DNA of 64,000 nucleotides from Iamia sp. (GCF_035575815.1 NZ_DATLXO010000120.1:4234-68233); one strand, 5' to 3'; counted from the first letter of the stretch, positions 8,483-19,281 are shown. Numbers and translations: made by a program. Notes: generated from the sequence alone by a model not told the origin.

Positions 8483-8743
8483 GTGGCCCAGGTGTGGCGC
8501 GACGGCGCACGCCAGGGCCGGCTCGCCGCCTTCCTCAAGTCCGTCACGATCCACGCCCTCGATGACGGACGGGCTCTGGGTCGCCTGCTCACCCTCGCCC
8601 GCACCACCGACGTCGTCGACGCTCACCTCGTCGTCGTCGCCGCCCGCCTCCGCGACACGGTCCTCACCGGCGACATCGGCGACCTCAACCAGGTCGCCGA
8701 CACCCTGGGCACCTCTCGCCCCCCAATCCGACCCTGGCCGTAG
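8483..8743 (+). pseudogene. C-terminal fragment of a PIN-domain (VapC-like) protein
   Basis: AQVWRDGARQGRLAAFLKSVTIHALDDGRALGRLL...TDVVDAHLVVVAARL.DTVLTGDIGDL matches the C-terminal two-thirds of actinobacterial PIN proteins. The frame is open only from 8414, so about 45 N-terminal residues (including the first acidic residue) are missing. No antitoxin lies upstream. Confidence 0.4.
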
Positions 8744-8810
8744 CCCGCCACGACGAGAACCAAGGGGACCGCGATCGGTCGGCCATCACAGGGATCGGGG
8801 ATGCGCGGCG

Positions 8811-9806
8811 TCACTCGCGGGTGGTCTCTTCGTGGAGCGCCGGGAACACCCGGGCGACCTTGGCGGTGAGGTAGTCGCCGTAGGTGCCGTCGAGGTCGCG
8901 GAGGCTCGTGGCGTCCCACCGGGTGGCGGCGTCGTCAGGCGGAGCGTCGCCCACAAGGGGCAGAGGGCGCACCTCGGCGTCCCAGCCGGGATCGAAGAAG
9001 AACGGGAACGACAAGCGGCTGACTCCGACCGAGGGCCGCACGCGGTGCGGGGTCGAGCGGTAGCGGCCGCCGGTCATGCGGTCAAGCATGTCACCCACGT
9101 TGACCACGAAGGCCCCTTCCTCGGGCGGGACGTCCATCCAGCCGTCGGGGCCCCGCACCTCGAGGCCGCCGTGGTGGTCCTGGGCCAGGATCGTCAGCAG
9201 CCCGTAGTCGGTGTGCTCCGCCACCCCCCAGCCTTCCGCCGGGGCCGCCACGGGCGGGTAGTGGAAGATGCGGAACAAGAGGGTCGGGTTCGCGGTGAGC
9301 CCCCGTGCGAACCACTGGGCGTCGAGCCCGAGGCCGAGGGCCAGGCCGCCGACGAGCGCGTGGCCCAGCGCGGTCATGGCCGTCATCCAGGCCTCGATCG
9401 CCGGGCGCAGCTCGACCGGGCGCGCCGGCCAAAGGTTCGGACCGTGCAGCGGCCGCCCGCTCCGCACCCGAGGGTCGGTGGCCGCCAGGTCGGTGCCGAG
9501 GTACAGGCCCTCCTTGTGGTCGGCCCCGTCGGCGGTGAGCTCACCGCCGACGGGGAACCAGCCCCGCCAGGCCCGGCCGCCCCGGTCCATCCCGACGGCC
9601 GCCTTCTCCGCCTCGGGCAGGGCGAAGAACGCCCGGGCGGCAATGTCCAGCCGGGCCTGGAGCGCAGGGTCGATCCCATGGCCGACGGCGACGAGGAAGC
9701 CGTCGCGGCGACAGGCGGCATCGAGCTCGCGCCCCACCGAGGCGACGTCGCCCCGACCCGTGACCAGCGGCCCCACGTCGATCACCGGAAGGCTCACCGG
9801 GCCCAC
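8811..9806 (-). CDS. 2-oxoglutarate/Fe(II)-dependent oxygenase (isopenicillin-N-synthase family)
   Basis: LPVIDV..L N-terminus. Facial triad context [12 protein letters not shown]...GGLEV and STPHRV...[10 protein letters not shown]. 331 aa. Confidence 0.85.
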   Translation of the reverse strand: MGPVSLPVIDVGPLVTGRGDVASVGRELDAACRRDGFLVAVGHGIDPALQARLDIAARAFFALPEAEKAAVGMDRGGRAWRGWFPVGGELTADGADHKEGLYLGTDLAATDPRVRSGRPLHGPNLWPARPVELRPAIEAWMTAMTALGHALVGGLALGLGLDAQWFARGLTANPTLLFRIFHYPPVAAPAEGWGVAEHTDYGLLTILAQDHHGGLEVRGPDGWMDVPPEEGAFVVNVGDMLDRMTGGRYRSTPHRVRPSVGVSRLSFPFFFDPGWDAEVRPLPLVGDAPPDDAATRWDATSLRDLDGTYGDYLTAKVARVFPALHEETTRE

Positions 9807-9812
9807 CCCTTT

Positions 9813-9925
9813 GAACTGGTCACGGGACCGGGGGTCGGGACCCCCAGATCGGTGACCAGTTCGGATGCAGCCCTCGAACTGGTAGGGACATCGGGGGCGG
9901 GGGCCCCCAGATCGGCTACCAGTTC
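9813..9925. repeat. two tandem copies of a 50-nt palindromic REP/MITE-like element
   Basis: Copy 1 (9813-9862): GAACTGGTCAC...GGGGGTCGGGACCCCCAGATCGGTGACCAGTTC, 11-bp perfect terminal inverted repeat. Copy 2 (9876-9925): GAACTGGTAG...GGGGGCGGGGGCCCCCAGATCGGCTACCAGTTC. The same family recurs at 41912-42023. Confidence 0.8.
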
Positions 9926-9948
9926 AGTGGAGGGCGGAGGGCAGGTCA

Positions 9949-10730
9949 TCAGGCGTCGAGGGCGGCGCGGAGCTCGGCCACTGCGGCCCCGAGCCGCAGC
10001 GGACCCTCGCCATCGAGCACCCGGCGCATGAGGGCGGAGCCGACGGCCACCCCGTCGGCCCGCGACGCGACCTCGACGGCCTGGTCGGGCGTCGAGACGC
10101 CGAAGCCCATGATCACGGGCACGTCGGTGACGGCCTTGAGCCGGGCGGCGAGCACGGCCGCCCGCTCGCCGATGGCGGCGCGCTCGCCGGTGACGCCGAG
10201 CAGGTTCACCCCGTACACGAAGCCCTCGGCCGCCTGAATGAGCAACGGCAGGCGCTCGGGGGGCGTGAGCGGGCTGACCAACATCACCGTCTCAAGACCC
10301 GACGCGGCGCCCGCCGGCGCCCACTCCCCGAGCTCCTCGAGCGGAACGTCGGGCAGGATCATCCCCGACACCCCGGCCTCGCGGGCTTCGGTGGCGAAGC
10401 GCTCGACGCCCACTCGGAACACGATGTTGAAGTACGTCATGACCACGAGGGGCACGCCGACATCGGCGGTGGCCACGTCGTCGAGGATCGACATGGGCGT
10501 GGCGCCCCGGTCGAGGGCCCGTTGCGACGCAGCCTGGATGGTGGGGCCGTCCATCACCGGGTCGCTGAAGGGGATCCCGACCTCGATGGCATCCGCGCCG
10601 GCGTCGGCGGCCGAGCGCACCAGGTCGATCCACCGGGGGTCGATGCCGCCGGTGATGTAGGGCACGAGCAGCTTGGCCCCGCCGTCACGCCGCTGGCGGA
10701 GGTGCGCCTCGAGGAACCCGTCGGGGGCCT

Positions 10731-10734
<4 letters not shown>
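9949..10734 (-). CDS. trpA: tryptophan synthase alpha chain
   Basis: 261 aa from MKAPDGF (ATG 10732-10734). [31 protein letters not shown] motifs. The start overlaps the trpB stop (ATGA). Confidence 0.95.
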
Positions 10735-11969
<1,235 letters not shown>

Positions 11970-11971
11970 GC

Positions 11972-12637
11972 TCAGGTGTCCTCGGTCCAGTCGTAGGGGG
12001 CGTCGTCCACGTCGGGGGACCAGGGCGGTGCCGCCGCGCGCGCGTGGGCCACGAACAGGCGGACCTTGCGAGGGTCCTTGCGGCCGGGCGACCCTCCGTC
12101 GCGCTCCACGCCGGTGGCCACGTCGACGCCCCAGGGTCGCACCCGCTCGACGGCTGCGGCCACGTTGTCGGGGTGGAGGCCGCCGGCGAGGAGAACCTTC
12201 TGGCCGGCGGGCACCTCGTCGGCCAGCGACCAGTCGAAGGTCTGGCCGCCGCCGGGCGTGGCCCCGTCGATCAGCACCACCTCGGCGCCGTAGTCCTCGA
12301 CGCGGGCCAGGTCGGGCGAGCCGGCCGGGAAGCCCTTGATGACCAGCGGCACCCGCTCGGCCACGTAGCGCGTGGCCTCGACCGTCTCGTGGCCGTGGAG
12401 CTGGGCCGCCCGCAGGCCGGCCGAGGTCACGACGGAGACGACCCGCTCGGGGGCCTCGTCACGGAAGACACCGACGGTGATGAGCTCCGACGGAAGGCGC
12501 TTGGCGATGTCGCGGGCCACCACGGGAGCGATCTGGCGAGTCGAGGGGGCGAAGATGAAGCCCACCGCGTCGGCGTCCATGGCCACGGCGAGGAGACCGT
12601 CCTCCTCGCTGGTGATGCCGCAGATCTTGACGAACAC
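11972..12637 (-). CDS. trpF: phosphoribosylanthranilate isomerase
   Basis: MFVKICGIT...DAVGFIF.PS.R.I, QLHG, GGL..DNV, GVDV.TGVE. 221 aa. It ends 2 nt before the trpB start. Confidence 0.9.
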   Translation of the reverse strand: MFVKICGITSEEDGLLAVAMDADAVGFIFAPSTRQIAPVVARDIAKRLPSELITVGVFRDEAPERVVSVVTSAGLRAAQLHGHETVEATRYVAERVPLVIKGFPAGSPDLARVEDYGAEVVLIDGATPGGGQTFDWSLADEVPAGQKVLLAGGLHPDNVAAAVERVRPWGVDVATGVERDGGSPGRKDPRKVRLFVAHARAAAPPWSPDVDDAPYDWTEDT

Positions 12638-12700
12638 TCCTCGATGCTACGGGACGTACCCCCGTCTCCCCCGCACCGTTCCCGCACTCGGCACCGGTGG

Positions 12701-13504
12701 TCAGCCCCCGCGGGACGCCCGCAGCGCAGCGACGGCCCCGGCCCGGTCGTCCTGGGTGACGAGGGACTCCCCCACCAGCACCGCGTGGTAGCCGACATCC
12801 GCGAGGCGTCGGGCGTCATCGGGACCTCGGATGCCGGACTCGGCCACGCGGACGACGCCCTCGGGCACCTCGGGGGCCATGCGCACCGCCCGGTCGGTGT
12901 CGAGGTTGAAGGTCACCAGGTCGCGCTGGTTCACCCCGATCAGGTCGGCCCCGGCCTCGAGGGCCCGCTCGACCTCGGCTTCGTCGTGCACCTCGACCAG
13001 CACGTCGAGGCCCACCTCTGCGCTCAGGCGCCGGAAGTCAGCCAGCTGGTGGTCGTCGAGGGCGGCGGCGATGAGCAGGACGGCATCGGCGCCCATGGCC
13101 CGGGCGTCGAGGACGTCGGCCTCGACCACGGTGAAGTCCTTGCGCAGCACGGGCTGCTCACAGGCGGAGCGCGCCTCGCGCAGATCCGCGGCGGAGCCCC
13201 CGAAGAACTCGGGCTCGGTGAGCACCGACAGCGCCGCGGCGCCACCCTCGGCATAGGCCTCGGCCACGCGACCGGCGACGAGGTCGACGGCCAGGTCGCC
13301 CTTCGAGGGTGATCGACGCTTGATCTCGGCGATGACGGCCAGGTGCCCGGCGGCGTGGTCGGCGACCAGGGCCGCCCGCAGGCCCCGCGTGGGACCGTCG
13401 GACATGGCCCTCTCGGCCGCCTCCAAGATGGCTCCCCGCGGCCGGCGATCGACGGCCGCGGCAGCGCGGTGGGCGGTGAGGATGCGGTCGAGGTAGGTGT
13501 CCAC
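12701..13504 (-). CDS. trpC: indole-3-glycerol phosphate synthase
   Basis: VIAEIKRRSPSKG, LSVLTEPEFFGGS, PVLRKDF, LLI...L, GVNQRDL.TF, ESGI. 267 aa. Confidence 0.95.
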   Translation of the reverse strand: MDTYLDRILTAHRAAAAVDRRPRGAILEAAERAMSDGPTRGLRAALVADHAAGHLAVIAEIKRRSPSKGDLAVDLVAGRVAEAYAEGGAAALSVLTEPEFFGGSAADLREARSACEQPVLRKDFTVVEADVLDARAMGADAVLLIAAALDDHQLADFRRLSAEVGLDVLVEVHDEAEVERALEAGADLIGVNQRDLVTFNLDTDRAVRMAPEVPEGVVRVAESGIRGPDDARRLADVGYHAVLVGESLVTQDDRAGAVAALRASRGG

Positions 13505-13538
13505 GGGGCGTCTCCTGGGGGCGGTCAGCGGTCAGCGG

Positions 13539-14108
13539 TCAGCGGTCGGGATCGTGGTCGCGGCTGCGGGCCAGCTCGGCGAAGGGGATCCACACGAAGA
13601 GCGACAGGGCGATGCCCGCGAGGGCGATGGCCAGGGCGAGCAGAGGCCGGGAGCCGAGCACCAAGCCGAAGACGACGGCCAGCCCCGCGGCGCCGAAGAT
13701 GGCCGCGGGCAGGACCCGCACCGGGCGGCGGGGCCCGGGCGGATCGGGGGGCAGCAGGTCGGTCTCCTCGCGCCACGAGCTGTAGTCCGCGAGCCACTCG
13801 TCGTCGTCGGGGCGCGGTCGCCAGCCCGGTCCCGGCGGTCGGGCCGGGTCCACAGGCGTGGCGCGAGCCCGGGTCATGGTGGCGTCGTAGGCCCGGCGCC
13901 GGCCCGGGTCTGACAGGGCCGACCAGGCCGCGTTCACGTCGCGCATGCGCCGATCGGCGTGGGCCCGCTCGGCTGAGCTGCGCCCGCCGTGGGAGTCGGG
14001 GTGGAAGCGCCGGGCCAGCTTCACGTACGCCCGCCGGATCTCGGCGGGGTCGGCCCCCGTGGGCACGCCGAGCACCTCGTAGTGGCTGCGACGGGGGGCG
14101 TCAGCCAC
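13539..14108 (-). CDS. membrane-anchored J-domain (DnaJ-like) protein
   Basis: SHYEVLGVP..ADPAEIRRAYVKLARRFHPD (HPD motif), then a P-rich linker and two C-terminal hydrophobic helices. I chose the GTG at 14106-14108, 4 nt after the upstream stop; the ORF-track start at 14141 would overlap that gene. Confidence 0.8.
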   Translation of the reverse strand: MADAPRRSHYEVLGVPTGADPAEIRRAYVKLARRFHPDSHGGRSSAERAHADRRMRDVNAAWSALSDPGRRRAYDATMTRARATPVDPARPPGPGWRPRPDDDEWLADYSSWREETDLLPPDPPGPRRPVRVLPAAIFGAAGLAVVFGLVLGSRPLLALAIALAGIALSLFVWIPFAELARSRDHDPDR

Positions 14109-14991
14109 CGTGTGCTCCGGTGCCTCTTCGCAGCACGTCACGGACGGCGTCGGCCACCGCCTCCGGCGCTTCCTCGGGCACGAGGTGACCGCAGAACGGC
14201 ACGAGGGTGAGCGCAGGCGCCCTGCGCAGGTCGTCGACCAGGCGGGTGCCCCACGAGGGCGACAAGAAGGCGTCGTCGGCGCCCCACACCACGGCGGCCG
14301 GGCCGTCGTAGGCCCGCAGGCCGGGCCCGCACTCGAGGGTCACCCGGGCGTCGCCCGCGAGCAGGAAGCGTCGGGCCCGCTCCCGGCCCTCGACGGTGAG
14401 CACCGGGCGCAGGTACTCCTCGACCACGTCGGGGTCGAGGGCGGCGGCGTCATGGACGGCTCGGCCGAAGCCGAGGTGAGCGTTGGCCCCGACCCGGCGG
14501 GGCAGGTCGAGGGCGTAGGCGAGGATGTCGAGCCCCGGGGTGCGAGCCAGGCGCATGACCTGGGCCGCGAGGGGCACGGGCCAGTTGTCGTAGGCCACGG
14601 TGTCGACCAGCACCAGCCCGGCGATGCGTTCGGGGTGGGTGGCGACCATCTGTTGGGCCACGCCCCCGCCCTGCTCGTGGCCGACGACCACGACGCGCGG
14701 AATCCCCCGGGTCGAGAGCCAGTCGAGCAGCAGCTCGGCCTGCATCGGCGCCCCGAAGTCCTCATACGGCGAGACGACCGTGTCGCCCAGGCCCAGCAGG
14801 TCGGGGGCGAGGCCCAAGACCTCGTCACCGAGAGCCCTCATCACCTTGCGCCAGAGCACCCCGTGGGTCGGGAAGCCGTGGAGGAACAGCACTGCGGGCG
14901 CATCGGGGCCACCCGAGCCGAGCACCGCCAGGTCGGCGGGCCCGACCCGCTCGAGGACCTTGAGGGGGAGCCCGTGGGCGACGGTGGGCAC
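14101..14991 (-). CDS. alpha/beta hydrolase fold protein
   Basis: 296 aa from GTG (cac 14989-14991): VPTVAHGLPLKVLE...VLFLHGFPTH..LW, nucleophile elbow VVVGHEQGG, C-terminal GHLVPEE. The upstream 300 aa of the 606-aa ORF is R/G/P junk read across ygfZ. Confidence 0.85.
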   Translation of the reverse strand: MPTVAHGLPLKVLERVGPADLAVLGSGGPDAPAVLFLHGFPTHGVLWRKVMRALGDEVLGLAPDLLGLGDTVVSPYEDFGAPMQAELLLDWLSTRGIPRVVVVGHEQGGGVAQQMVATHPERIAGLVLVDTVAYDNWPVPLAAQVMRLARTPGLDILAYALDLPRRVGANAHLGFGRAVHDAAALDPDVVEEYLRPVLTVEGRERARRFLLAGDARVTLECGPGLRAYDGPAAVVWGADDAFLSPSWGTRLVDDLRRAPALTLVPFCGHLVPEEAPEAVADAVRDVLRRGTGAHGG

Positions 14992-15029
14992 TGATCGATC
15001 GTAGGCGGGGTGTCCTCGGATCGGACCAC

Positions 15030-15875
15030 CTACTCCGGGGTGACGATGGGCAGGGCCAGCACCTGCACCTCGGCTCCCGCGAGCAGCGCAGTGGCGGGCG
15101 GGTCGATCGAGCGGTGCACGAGGGCCAGGCCGACGGTGCGCCCGGTGGCGTCGATCGCCGCGCTGGTGACCACGCCGACGTCGCGTCCGTCGACCGAGAG
15201 GACCTCCCCGGCCGCCGGCGGCGGGGTCACGGAGGCGAAGCCCCGCAGGTGGCGGGGAACCTTGCCGCCCCGGCTGTCGATGCGCGCCACGAGCTCCTGG
15301 CCGGTGAAGCAGCCCTTGGTGAAGCTGACCGACGCGTCGATCACCCACTGCCCGAGCTCGGCGGGGATCGTGTCGACGGTGATCTCGGCGCCCATGGCGG
15401 GCACGCCGTGGGCGATGCGCAGGGCTTCGTAGCCCTCGCCATCGAGGTCGAGCGCACCGACGGGCAGGTCCGAGGGCAGCTCGTCGGGATCGGCGTCGAA
15501 TACATCGGAGCCCTCCAGGCCGGGCCACCCGGAGGGCACCCCGTCGATCACCTCGGCGCCGCGCACGGCGAGCACCGCGACGCCCTCGACCAGCTCGATG
15601 TCGGTCTTGGTGCGCAGCTTGAAGCGCTGGAGGCGGGCCATGAGGCCGGCTCCCGCGCCGGCGTCGGTGTCGAGCCGCACCGTCTCGACCCCCGCGCGGT
15701 CGACCCGCACCCAGGTGTCGACCTTGCCCGTCGGCTGGAGGACGAAGGCCAGGGCCGAGTCGCCGACGGCCAGGGCGCCCACGTCCTGGCTCAGCTGCCC
15801 CTGGAGGTAGGCGACGGTCTCGGGGCCCGACAGGGCAACCACGTCGCGGCGGATGCGGGAGACGGTGACGGCCAT
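15030..15875 (-). CDS. ygfZ: folate-binding YgfZ/GcvT-like protein
   Basis: VVALSGPETVAYLQGQLSQDV, EALRI..G.P..G.E, and the signature FTKGCFTGQELVAR (K-G-C-[YF]-x-G-Q-E). 281 aa. Confidence 0.85.
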   Translation of the reverse strand: MAVTVSRIRRDVVALSGPETVAYLQGQLSQDVGALAVGDSALAFVLQPTGKVDTWVRVDRAGVETVRLDTDAGAGAGLMARLQRFKLRTKTDIELVEGVAVLAVRGAEVIDGVPSGWPGLEGSDVFDADPDELPSDLPVGALDLDGEGYEALRIAHGVPAMGAEITVDTIPAELGQWVIDASVSFTKGCFTGQELVARIDSRGGKVPRHLRGFASVTPPPAAGEVLSVDGRDVGVVTSAAIDATGRTVGLALVHRSIDPPATALLAGAEVQVLALPIVTPE

Positions 15876-15966
15876 GGGGCCAGTCTGGCCCCGTCGGGCC
15901 CCGCTCCCTCGGGTCCACCACTCACGTCACCGCCGCGGAGGGCGCAACGGCTCCCGGTGCACCGGG

Positions 15967-17505
15967 TCAGATCTCGGCGGCGTGGGCCCGGCGGGCGGCG
16001 GTCATCCGTCGGGCGGCCGGCACCGCGGCGAGCAGGGCCCGGGCCTTGTTGCGACACTCGAGCTCCTCGTGCTCGGGCACGGAGTCAGCGACGACCCCCG
16101 CCCCCGCCTGCACCGACGCCCGCCCGTCGGGCAGGCAGATCATGGTGCGGATGGCGATGGCGGTGTCGATGGCCCCGCCGAAGTCGACGTAGCCCACCAC
16201 CCCTCCGTAGGGCCCGCGCTTGGCCGGCTCGAGGCTGTCGATGATCTCCATGGCCCGCACCTTTGGCGCACCGGTGAGCGTGCCGGCGGGGATCGTGGCC
16301 CGCAGCACGTCGATGGGCGTGCGCCCCTCGGCCAGCGCTCCCGACACCTGGGACGTGAGGTGCATGACGTGGCTGTAGCGCTCCAGGGTCATCATCTCGT
16401 CGACCTGGCAGGTGCCGTAGCGCACCACCCGGCCCACGTCGTTGCGAGCCAGGTCGACGAGCATCACGTGCTCGGCGATCTCCTTGGGGTGCTCGGCCAG
16501 CTCGGCCGCCAGGCGGCGGTCCTCCTCCTCGGTGCGGCCGCGGTAGCGGGTCCCGGCGATCGGGCGCGACACCACCCGGCCGTTCCGCAGCTGCACGAGC
16601 GGCTCGGGCGAGGAGCCCACCAGCGACACCTCCGGGCGGCGCACGAAGAACATCACCGGGCTCGGGTTCACCTGGCGGAGCACCCGGTAGACGTCGAAGG
16701 GATCCGCGTCCAGCTGCAGGTCGAAGCGCTGGGAGAGCACGACCTGGAAGATGTCGCCGGCGAGGATGTGCTCCTTGGCCACCTCGACGGCCCGCTCGTA
16801 GAGCGACCCGCCCAGGGTGGAGGTCACCGCCGGGAGCTCGTCGTCGGCCGACGGCGGGTCGAGCAGCGGTTCGCTCTGCGGACGGGAGCCGTCGCGGGCC
16901 ATCTCGTCGAGGTGCTCCACGGCCTCGTCGTAGGCGTCGTCGACCTCGGCCTCGGTCGATCCCGGGGCCACGGGGGCGTTGACCACGAGGGTGACGCGCT
17001 GGCGCCAGTGGTCGAATGCGGCGATCTCGCCGATGACCGACATCGCCGCGTCAGGGAGGCCCATCTGGTCCGGCGGGGTGTCGGGGAGGTGCTCGACCTC
17101 GCGCACGACGTCGTAGCCGAGGTAGCCGAGCAGGCCGCCGTGCAGGGGCGGCAGGTCGAGGCTCTCGGGCGTGCGGGTGCGGGCCAACAGCGCATCGACG
17201 GCGGCGAGGATCCCCCGGTCGAGGGGCAGGCCGGCGGCGATGGCGCCAGCCCCGGGGCCCTCGACGGAGACGTCGGCCCCGCGGGCCACCAGGCTGGCGA
17301 CGGGCCTCCGCCCGACGAAGGACCAGCGGCCCCAGCGCTCCCCGTGTTCGACCGACTCGAGCAGGAAGCCGGGCTCGTCGCCCGGGCAGAGGCGGCAGAA
17401 CGCGGCCACCGGCGTGACCTGGTCGGCGAGCAGCTCGCGCCACACCGGCACCACCGTGTGGTCGCGGGCGAGGGTGCGGAACGCCTCGCGATCGGGCCGG
17501 ATCAC
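15967..17505 (-). CDS. trpE: anthranilate synthase component I
   Basis: LLESVE...RWSF.G, PS.YMFF, GTLTGAPKVRAMEII..LE...RGPYGG.VGY..F.G..D.AI.IRT. The start is uncertain. GTG at 17503-17505 avoids overlapping hisI; the ORF-track start at 17574 would overlap it by 59 nt. Confidence 0.93.
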   Translation of the reverse strand: MIRPDREAFRTLARDHTVVPVWRELLADQVTPVAAFCRLCPGDEPGFLLESVEHGERWGRWSFVGRRPVASLVARGADVSVEGPGAGAIAAGLPLDRGILAAVDALLARTRTPESLDLPPLHGGLLGYLGYDVVREVEHLPDTPPDQMGLPDAAMSVIGEIAAFDHWRQRVTLVVNAPVAPGSTEAEVDDAYDEAVEHLDEMARDGSRPQSEPLLDPPSADDELPAVTSTLGGSLYERAVEVAKEHILAGDIFQVVLSQRFDLQLDADPFDVYRVLRQVNPSPVMFFVRRPEVSLVGSSPEPLVQLRNGRVVSRPIAGTRYRGRTEEEDRRLAAELAEHPKEIAEHVMLVDLARNDVGRVVRYGTCQVDEMMTLERYSHVMHLTSQVSGALAEGRTPIDVLRATIPAGTLTGAPKVRAMEIIDSLEPAKRGPYGGVVGYVDFGGAIDTAIAIRTMICLPDGRASVQAGAGVVADSVPEHEELECRNKARALLAAVPAARRMTAARRAHAAEI

Positions 17506-17515
17506 CTCGGGTCGC

Positions 17516-17878
17516 TCAGGCGTCGGAGCCGAAGGCCCGGTAGAAGCAGCTCTTGGCGCCGGTGTGGCACGCACCCCGGCCCTCCTGCTCGACCACGAAG
17601 AGCAGGGTGTCGCCGTCGCAGTCGTACGCGGCCCGGCGCACGAGCTGGCGGTCGCCGGAGGTGTCGCCCTTGCGCCACTCCTCCTGGCGCGACCGGCTCC
17701 AGAACACGGTGCGCCCCTCGGAGAGCGTGCGCCGCAGGGTGGTCTCGTTCATCCAGGCCATCATCAGCACGTCGCCGGTGCCCTCCTCCTGGACGATGGC
17801 CGGCACCAGGCCGTCGGTGTCGTAGCGCACCCGGTCCAGGTCCTCGGCGCGGATCTCGATCGGGGTGAGGGCGGGCAT
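17516..17878 (-). CDS. hisI: phosphoribosyl-AMP cyclohydrolase
   Basis: GLVPAIVQ......VLM.AWMN.E.L..T...G...FWSRSR...W.KG.TSG..Q.V.....[20 protein letters not shown]. 120 aa. Confidence 0.95.
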   Translation of the reverse strand: MPALTPIEIRAEDLDRVRYDTDGLVPAIVQEEGTGDVLMMAWMNETTLRRTLSEGRTVFWSRSRQEEWRKGDTSGDRQLVRRAAYDCDGDTLLFVVEQEGRGACHTGAKSCFYRAFGSDA

Positions 17879-17938
17879 GGAGGCCGAGGATAGGGCCCGA
17901 CCCTGAGGTTCCTCCCACGAGATGGCGACCGGCGCGAC

Positions 17939-18265
17939 TCAGAGGTAGAGCCCGGTGGAGCCCTCCTCGATGCGCTCGGAGGCCACCGCGTGCACGTCTC
18001 GCTCGCGGAGGATCACGAAGTCCTCGGCTCGCACCTCGACCTCGTAGCGGTCCTCGGGGTTGTAGAGGACCTTGTCGCCGACCTCCATCGACCGGACGTT
18101 GGGGCCGGAGGCGACGACCTCAGCCCAGCCCAGGCGCTTGGCCGTGGTGACCGTCGCCGGGATGAGAATGCCGCCGGTGCTGCTGCGCTCGCCGTCGGTC
18201 TCGGGCCGGACGAGCACGCGGTCGTTCAGCATCTTGATCGGGAGCTTGTCGGCCACGGGGCGCAC
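17939..18265 (-). CDS. GroES-fold (Cpn10-like) protein, atypical paralogue
   Basis: [33 protein letters not shown]...WAEVVASGP......VGDKVLY fits the Cpn10 pattern. The C-terminus ends ...EEGSTGLYL. 108 aa (or a shorter start at MLNDRV). Confidence 0.75.
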   Translation of the reverse strand: MRPVADKLPIKMLNDRVLVRPETDGERSSTGGILIPATVTTAKRLGWAEVVASGPNVRSMEVGDKVLYNPEDRYEVEVRAEDFVILRERDVHAVASERIEEGSTGLYL

Positions 18266-18361
18266 GCTACCGGTCCCGGTGGCCGGGCCTTCGGCGTCGG
18301 TTCCGACGCTCGGGCCCAGCTCCGAGCCTCGGCCCTCGGCGCCCGGCTCCCGCGGTCGACG

Positions 18362-19138
18362 TCAGGCAGGAGGACGGACGGTGATGCCGGCGGCGGCCAT
18401 GACGGCCTTGGCCTCGGCGACGGTGTGCTCGCCGAAGTGGAAGATCGACGCCGCGAGCACCGCATCGGCCCGGCCGTCGATGACGCCGTTCGCGAGGTGG
18501 GCGAGGGTGCCCACTCCCCCGCTGGCGATGACCGGGATCCCGACGGCCTCGCTCACGGCGCGGGTGAGCTCGACGTCGAAGCCATCGCGGGTGCCGTCGC
18601 GGTCCATCGAGGTGAGCAGGATCTCGCCCGCGCCCCGACGCTCGGCATCGACGGCCCACTCGACGGCGTCGAGGTCGGTCGGGTTGCGGCCCCCGTGGGT
18701 GAAGACGCCCCAGCCCGCGGCGGGGTCGTCGACCACTCGGCGGCGGGCGTCGATGGCCACCACTGCGCACTGGGTCCCGAACTCGACGGCCACATCGGCG
18801 ATGGTCTCGGGGCGGGCGATGGCGGCGGTGTTGAGCGACACCTTGTCCGCCCCGGCGCGCAGCAGGCGCCGGGCGTCGGTGACGCTGCGGATGCCGCCCC
18901 CGACGGTGAGGGGGATGAAGACCTGCTCGGCGGTGCGGGCCACCACCTCGACCATCGTGTCTCGGTCGTCGGAGCTGGCGGTGATGTCGAGGAACACGAG
19001 CTCGTCGGCCCCTTCGGCGTCGTAGCGGGCGGCCAGCTCGACCGGATCGCCCGCGTCGCGGAGCCCGACGAAGTTGATCCCCTTGACGACCCGTCCGCCG
19101 GTGACGTCGAGGCAGGGGATCACCCGGGCGGTGCGCAC
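18362..19138 (-). CDS. hisF: imidazole glycerol phosphate synthase cyclase subunit
   Basis: 258 aa from GTG (cac 19136-19138): [19 protein letters not shown]...[10 protein letters not shown]...[43 protein letters not shown]. Confidence 0.95.
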   Translation of the reverse strand: MRTARVIPCLDVTGGRVVKGINFVGLRDAGDPVELAARYDAEGADELVFLDITASSDDRDTMVEVVARTAEQVFIPLTVGGGIRSVTDARRLLRAGADKVSLNTAAIARPETIADVAVEFGTQCAVVAIDARRRVVDDPAAGWGVFTHGGRNPTDLDAVEWAVDAERRGAGEILLTSMDRDGTRDGFDVELTRAVSEAVGIPVIASGGVGTLAHLANGVIDGRADAVLAASIFHFGEHTVAEAKAVMAAAGITVRPPA

Positions 19139-19281
19139 TCTGCGACGGTACCGGCCGCCTGGGCAACTTCCCTTGCCCGTTCCGGCCCGGGCGCAACCCG
19201 GCACGAATAAGCGTCGGGCCCGGTGAGTCTTCGTCCGAATCCCGCCAGCGGGGCGCGTCGGCCTTCGACAGACTCGGCCCC

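Noticed and set aside
14101-15921. 606-aa ORF; likewise 22540-24315 (591 aa), 23951-25156, 24556-25917, 48787-51384 (865 aa), 56653-58317, 57669-58901, 30974-33052 and 6679-8607 as full-length proteins
   Set aside because: In each case only the C-terminal part matches a protein family. The N-terminal extension is low-complexity Arg/Pro/Gly sequence running across a neighbouring real gene. Internal starts that overlap or abut the upstream stop were chosen instead.
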